A stretch of DNA of 64,000 nucleotides from contig JACPJC010000006.1 in the NCBI GenBank assembly GCA_016187745.1, forward strand, positions 64,001 to 128,000, read 5' to 3'. Position 1 is the first letter of the stretch. Each line of letters begins with the position of its first letter. The position numbers and the translations under genes were made by a program. This document shows, piece by piece, positions 61,801 through 64,000 of the stretch. Origin of the DNA: Candidatus Iainarchaeum sp. (GTDB lineage Archaea; Iainarchaeota; Iainarchaeia; Iainarchaeales; JAXPJC01). The notes under the pieces are model-generated. The model did not search any database. It was given only the letters and a program-made list of their open reading frames with translations, and had not been told where the DNA came from.

Positions 61801-64000
61801 AGGAGATTATAATGTTGTACTTACAGTAACTGATAATAATGGCGCAACTGATGCAAACACCGTGAGCGTAAGCATCACTTCAGGCCCGATAAGCTTCTGC
61901 CCGGGGACAAAAAGCTGGACAACGCAGGCTGATTTCAATTCAGGAAGCGATGTAAATGCTGACACTTATTCAGATCCCGGAAGCATAATTTTAACAAAAA
62001 GCGGGGAAATAGCGCCTGATGCAAACACAAAGCTGCTTATGCATTTTAATGCAAATCCGCAAACGCATTTGGGAACGGAAATGGATTCTTCAGGAAACGG
62101 AAATAATGGAACGGTTTATACAAATGAGGGCGCAACAAACAAGGCAGTTGCAGGAAAATTCGGAAGCGCTTTGGGCTTTGATGGCATTGATGACCGCGTA
62201 TCCGTCCCGGACAGCGATTACTGGAATCTGGGTTTATATTTCACTATTGGCATGTGGGTTAAATTCCAGAGCGGAACAATAGACAATGAGCATTATTTGC
62301 TGGGCTATAATTACGGGAGCAATAACAGGAATTTCTGGGTGGCATACCAGGGGCAGCTTTCGCCGGATCAGCTGCATTTTAATTTTGCCACTGACGGCTC
62401 AGGCGGCCACTTCGGGGGCATGAGCGTTGCATGGACGCCTAATGCAGGGCAGTGGTATAATATTGCAATTGTGAGAAATAGTGCTGATTTGAAGATGTTT
62501 ATAGATGGCATGCAGATCGGCTCCACTTACAATATCGGCGCAACGAGCATGTGGGCCGGCTCAACAGCAGGCATAGAAATCGGTTCGGGGCACAATTCCC
62601 GCCATAGCGGCGAAATGGATGAAGTTGCAGTCTGGAACCGCGCGCTTTCTCCAAGCGAAGTCCTTGCGCTTTATCAGAGCGGCTCGGCATACCGCCCTTC
62701 AGGCACATGGAACGGAGTATTTGATTCAAATTCAATTGCAAGCGGCTGGAACACAATAAATTGGGGCGAGGATTTGAATTACGGCGCTGAACTTGCAGGG
62801 GATTCCAATACAAAACTGCTTTTGCATCTGAATGAGGGTTCTGGAACAACTGCAAATGATTCAAGCGGCAATGGGAACAATGGGGCATTGTTTAACGGCC
62901 CTATCTGGACTTCTTCAGGAAAGTTCAGGAATGCGCTGCAGTTTGATGGAACTGATGATTATGTGAAATTCTCGGCAGCAAATATGCCTACAGGGGAAAG
63001 AACAGTTGAATTGTGGTTCTATAACACAGACACAACAGCGGTGGGGGCAAGGCAGATATTCGGATATGGGGGGAACAGCAACAGCCCCGCATATTCTTCA
63101 TTTTTGATTTACTCCTCCGCAGATAAGAAGGGAATTACTGCCCATATGCATTATCCCGGGGGCGGGATCCTGAATTATGCAGGAACTTCGCCGATGACCA
63201 ATGCCTGGTATTACTTGGTGCTCACAACTGACGTGAGCGGAAGCAGGCTTTACATAAATGGAAGGCTGGTTGATTACAATGCAGTAACCCCTTCAACATA
63301 TGTTTCGGGCAAAGATGGATTTGTGGGTGCAATGCCTTCAGGCAGCGGCACTGGAACCTATGTTGACCCGAATTATCCCTATTGGAAGGGGAATATAGAT
63401 GAAGTTGCAGTTTACAACGCAGCGCTGGACGCAAATAAGATACTTGAGCATTACAGGAAGGGCGCCGCAAATATAAGATTGAGGACAAGAACTGCCGCAT
63501 CGCAGCTGGCATTGAGCAGCGCGGAATGGAGCAATGAGAATGAGATTGATGCGAATTCTGACATCAATGGATTGTGGCACTTCAATGAAGGAAGCGGCAG
63601 CATTGCAAGCGACTCAAGCGGAAATGGGAATAACGGAACATTGATGAATGGAGTGGCATGGGCTTCTTCTGGAAAGTTTAAGAATGCGCTGCAGTTTGAT
63701 GGGGTTAATGATTATGTTAACATAATTAAATCTGATGAGTTTCATTTAGGAGCGGGTAGTTTTGCTGTTACAGCATGGGTTAACTTTGCGGGGTTAGCCG
63801 GAAATCAGAATATTCTTGCGTTTTATACCATTGCCAATCAGGCTTTGCAATTTGCTTGGAGTACAAACGTTTTAACTGTTTGGGGCGAAACAAGCACTGT
63901 TTTAAGCACATCAGGATTTTCCCCAACTCTTAACAGATGGTATCACGTTGCATTTGTAAGAAACGGGAATGCCTGGAATATTTATGTTGATGGCACGTCA
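58850..64000 (+). CDS. giant type IV pilin-like adhesin: class III signal peptide, pilin domain, Cys-rich repeat, PKD domain and at least 5 LamG/ConA-like domains (3' truncated by window)
   Basis: MPRTEKG^QAALEYLMTYSWALVAIAIVIGVL; no stop seen in the parts translated, consistent with its absence from the ORF track; repeats LLHLNE..DASGNGNNG..GKFGNALxFDG..W.HV..FNGTIDEVAIYNRAL; WNFGDG/YNVVLTVTD. Confidence 0.9.
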   Translation, partial: MPRTEKGQAALEYLMTYSWALVAIAIVIGVLIFMGILKAPSAGTCTGLEKLAYEDHTIDSNGNFILYLKNGAGMQIAINSISPGEDFSGNCSASSAIINATKDFNIVCINTGISAGQTYNGKITIEYMRRNAKHTESAACSGTAPLSGIFLVAPAPQIIEGFFNGSGNNVDLNNPDEMTLGGGGGSYAFFGSYTSDVFDANSTMDWTASISWDENAPAGTDINLQTRTSDNNVAFSAWSGYYTNPSGEAITSPNGRFIQYKANLSTTNPALTPRLLEVRMHGNPLAQSCGNLKREGSEQCDTNDLAGSNCVLLGYSSGALACKADCTFDTNGCVGATTTMLCPGSKTWTSQSDWQSGALANIDATSSPGSIKLSQPSTSGTWNIVVDSNAAPTDWNAISWSEDLNYGGELAGDANTKLLLHLNEVSGLTAADASGNGNNGTLTNGATWTSSGKFGNALGFDGINDYIDVSNESLFDFERTSPFTLSAWVKWASGTTQTLLSKQTSAGNAPGWLLIVNANGTLAMWLVNDAGAGWNLIHVDSVSSIGLGTWNHVVMTYDGSSTAAGVKLFINGNQSGTTIVTNTLSASILNNVDVWIGNRQFADIPFNGTIDEAAIWNRALGAGEILEHYKRGALNLRFRTRSAPTQGTLSSASWGGYYTESPSAIASPNNKWIEVQALLENSDANYTNYTPVLNDVSISCAGAQGNQAPFAGLGASAYSANAGSYIAFYGNTSYDPDGNIVNYAWNFGDGNAVASPANYPLGAKTLLRFDEGIDSAAGDASGNNNGGTISGAAWTSSGKFGNALAFDGVDDYVNLPQKITDAEGTISAWIKTGGDVSSAQRIYSQSTGGASSNRVAVTILSGAFRFDAGFAPGGVQLDIGNVQPNTWYHIVWTSDGSTIKGYVNGANQALTVTGGSNSGQWFSGITSNYARIGNMRYDDISGNIQYFNGTIDEVAIYNRALGAGEILALYQGGPAVVYHKYNLAGDYNVVLTVTDNNGATDANTVSVSITSGPISFCPGTKSWTTQADFNSGSDVNADTYSDPGSIILTKSGEIAPDANTKLLMHFNANPQTHLGTEMDSSGNGNNGTVYTNEGATNKAVAGKFGSALGFDGIDDRVSVPDSDYWNLGLYFTIGMWVKFQSGTIDNEHYLLGYNYGSNNRNFWVAYQGQLSPDQLHFNFATDGSGGHFGGMSVAWTPNAGQWYNIAIVRNSADLKMFIDGMQIGSTYNIGATSMWAGSTAGIEIGSGHNSRHSGEMDEVAVWNRALSPSEVLALYQSGSAYRPSGTWNGVFDSNSIASGWNTINWGEDLNYGAELAGDSNTKLLLHLNEGSGTTANDSSGNGNNGALFNGPIWTSSGKFRNALQFDGTDDYVKFSAANMPTGERTVELWFYNTDTTAVGARQIFGYGGNSNSPAYSSFLIYSSADKKGITAHMHYPGGGILNYAGTSPMTNAWYYLVLTTDVSGSRLYINGRLVDYNAVTPSTYVSGKDGFVGAMPSGSGTGTYVDPNYPYWKGNIDEVAVYNAALDANKILEHYRKGAANIRLRTRTAASQLALSSAEWSNENEIDANSDINGLWHFNEGSGSIASDSSGNGNNGTLMNGVAWASSGKFKNALQFDGVNDYVNIIKSDEFHLGAGSFAVTAWVNFAGLAGNQNILAFYTIANQALQFAWSTNVLTVWGETSTVLSTSGFSPTLNRWYHVAFVRNGNAWNIYVDGTS

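Noticed and set aside
58820-63580. Many short ORFs listed in the last 5 kb
   Set aside because: Nearly all lie wholly within the single long + strand adhesin frame starting at 58850 and show no motifs of their own.
1-64000. tRNA, rRNA, SRP or RNase P RNA, transposase or integrase genes
   Set aside because: No T-arm GTTCRAATC cloverleaf, rRNA-like tract or recombinase motif recognised by eye; a tRNAscan/Infernal run is needed to exclude them formally.

Overview
Gene-dense archaeal chromosome segment; the gene content and Cys-rich surface repeats suggest a DPANN lineage such as Iainarchaeota/Diapherotrites (inference). Core genes: gltX; rpl7ae-rps28e-rpl24e-ndk; infB-rps6e-eif2g-PIN-rpoE1-spt4-rps24e-rps27ae; t6A genes sua5, kae1 and bud32; rps15-rps3ae; carS; secF-secD; a NOG1 GTPase; PolD DP1/DP2; sepF; cdc6; hel308; nac. 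Accessory genes: an MtrA-like/ThyA/DUF4346 fusion, bacterial-type coaD-coaE, a CBS+HPF-like protein, a solo Cas4, a Cys-rich surface-protein cluster, a GH39-like lipoprotein, a Liv-type ABC block with two regulators, and many small basic orphans. A type IV pilin-LamG adhesin of more than 1700 codons is missing from the supplied ORF track because it runs off the right edge. No rRNA, tRNA, transposase or CRISPR array was recognised. The main non-coding signals are two families of dispersed triloop hairpin repeats (11205/56719/56754 and 3424/34533), a 29-bp direct repeat of a divergent promoter around two of these hairpins, and a highly structured leader at about 20210-20317. All product calls come from motif recognition by eye; no searches were run.
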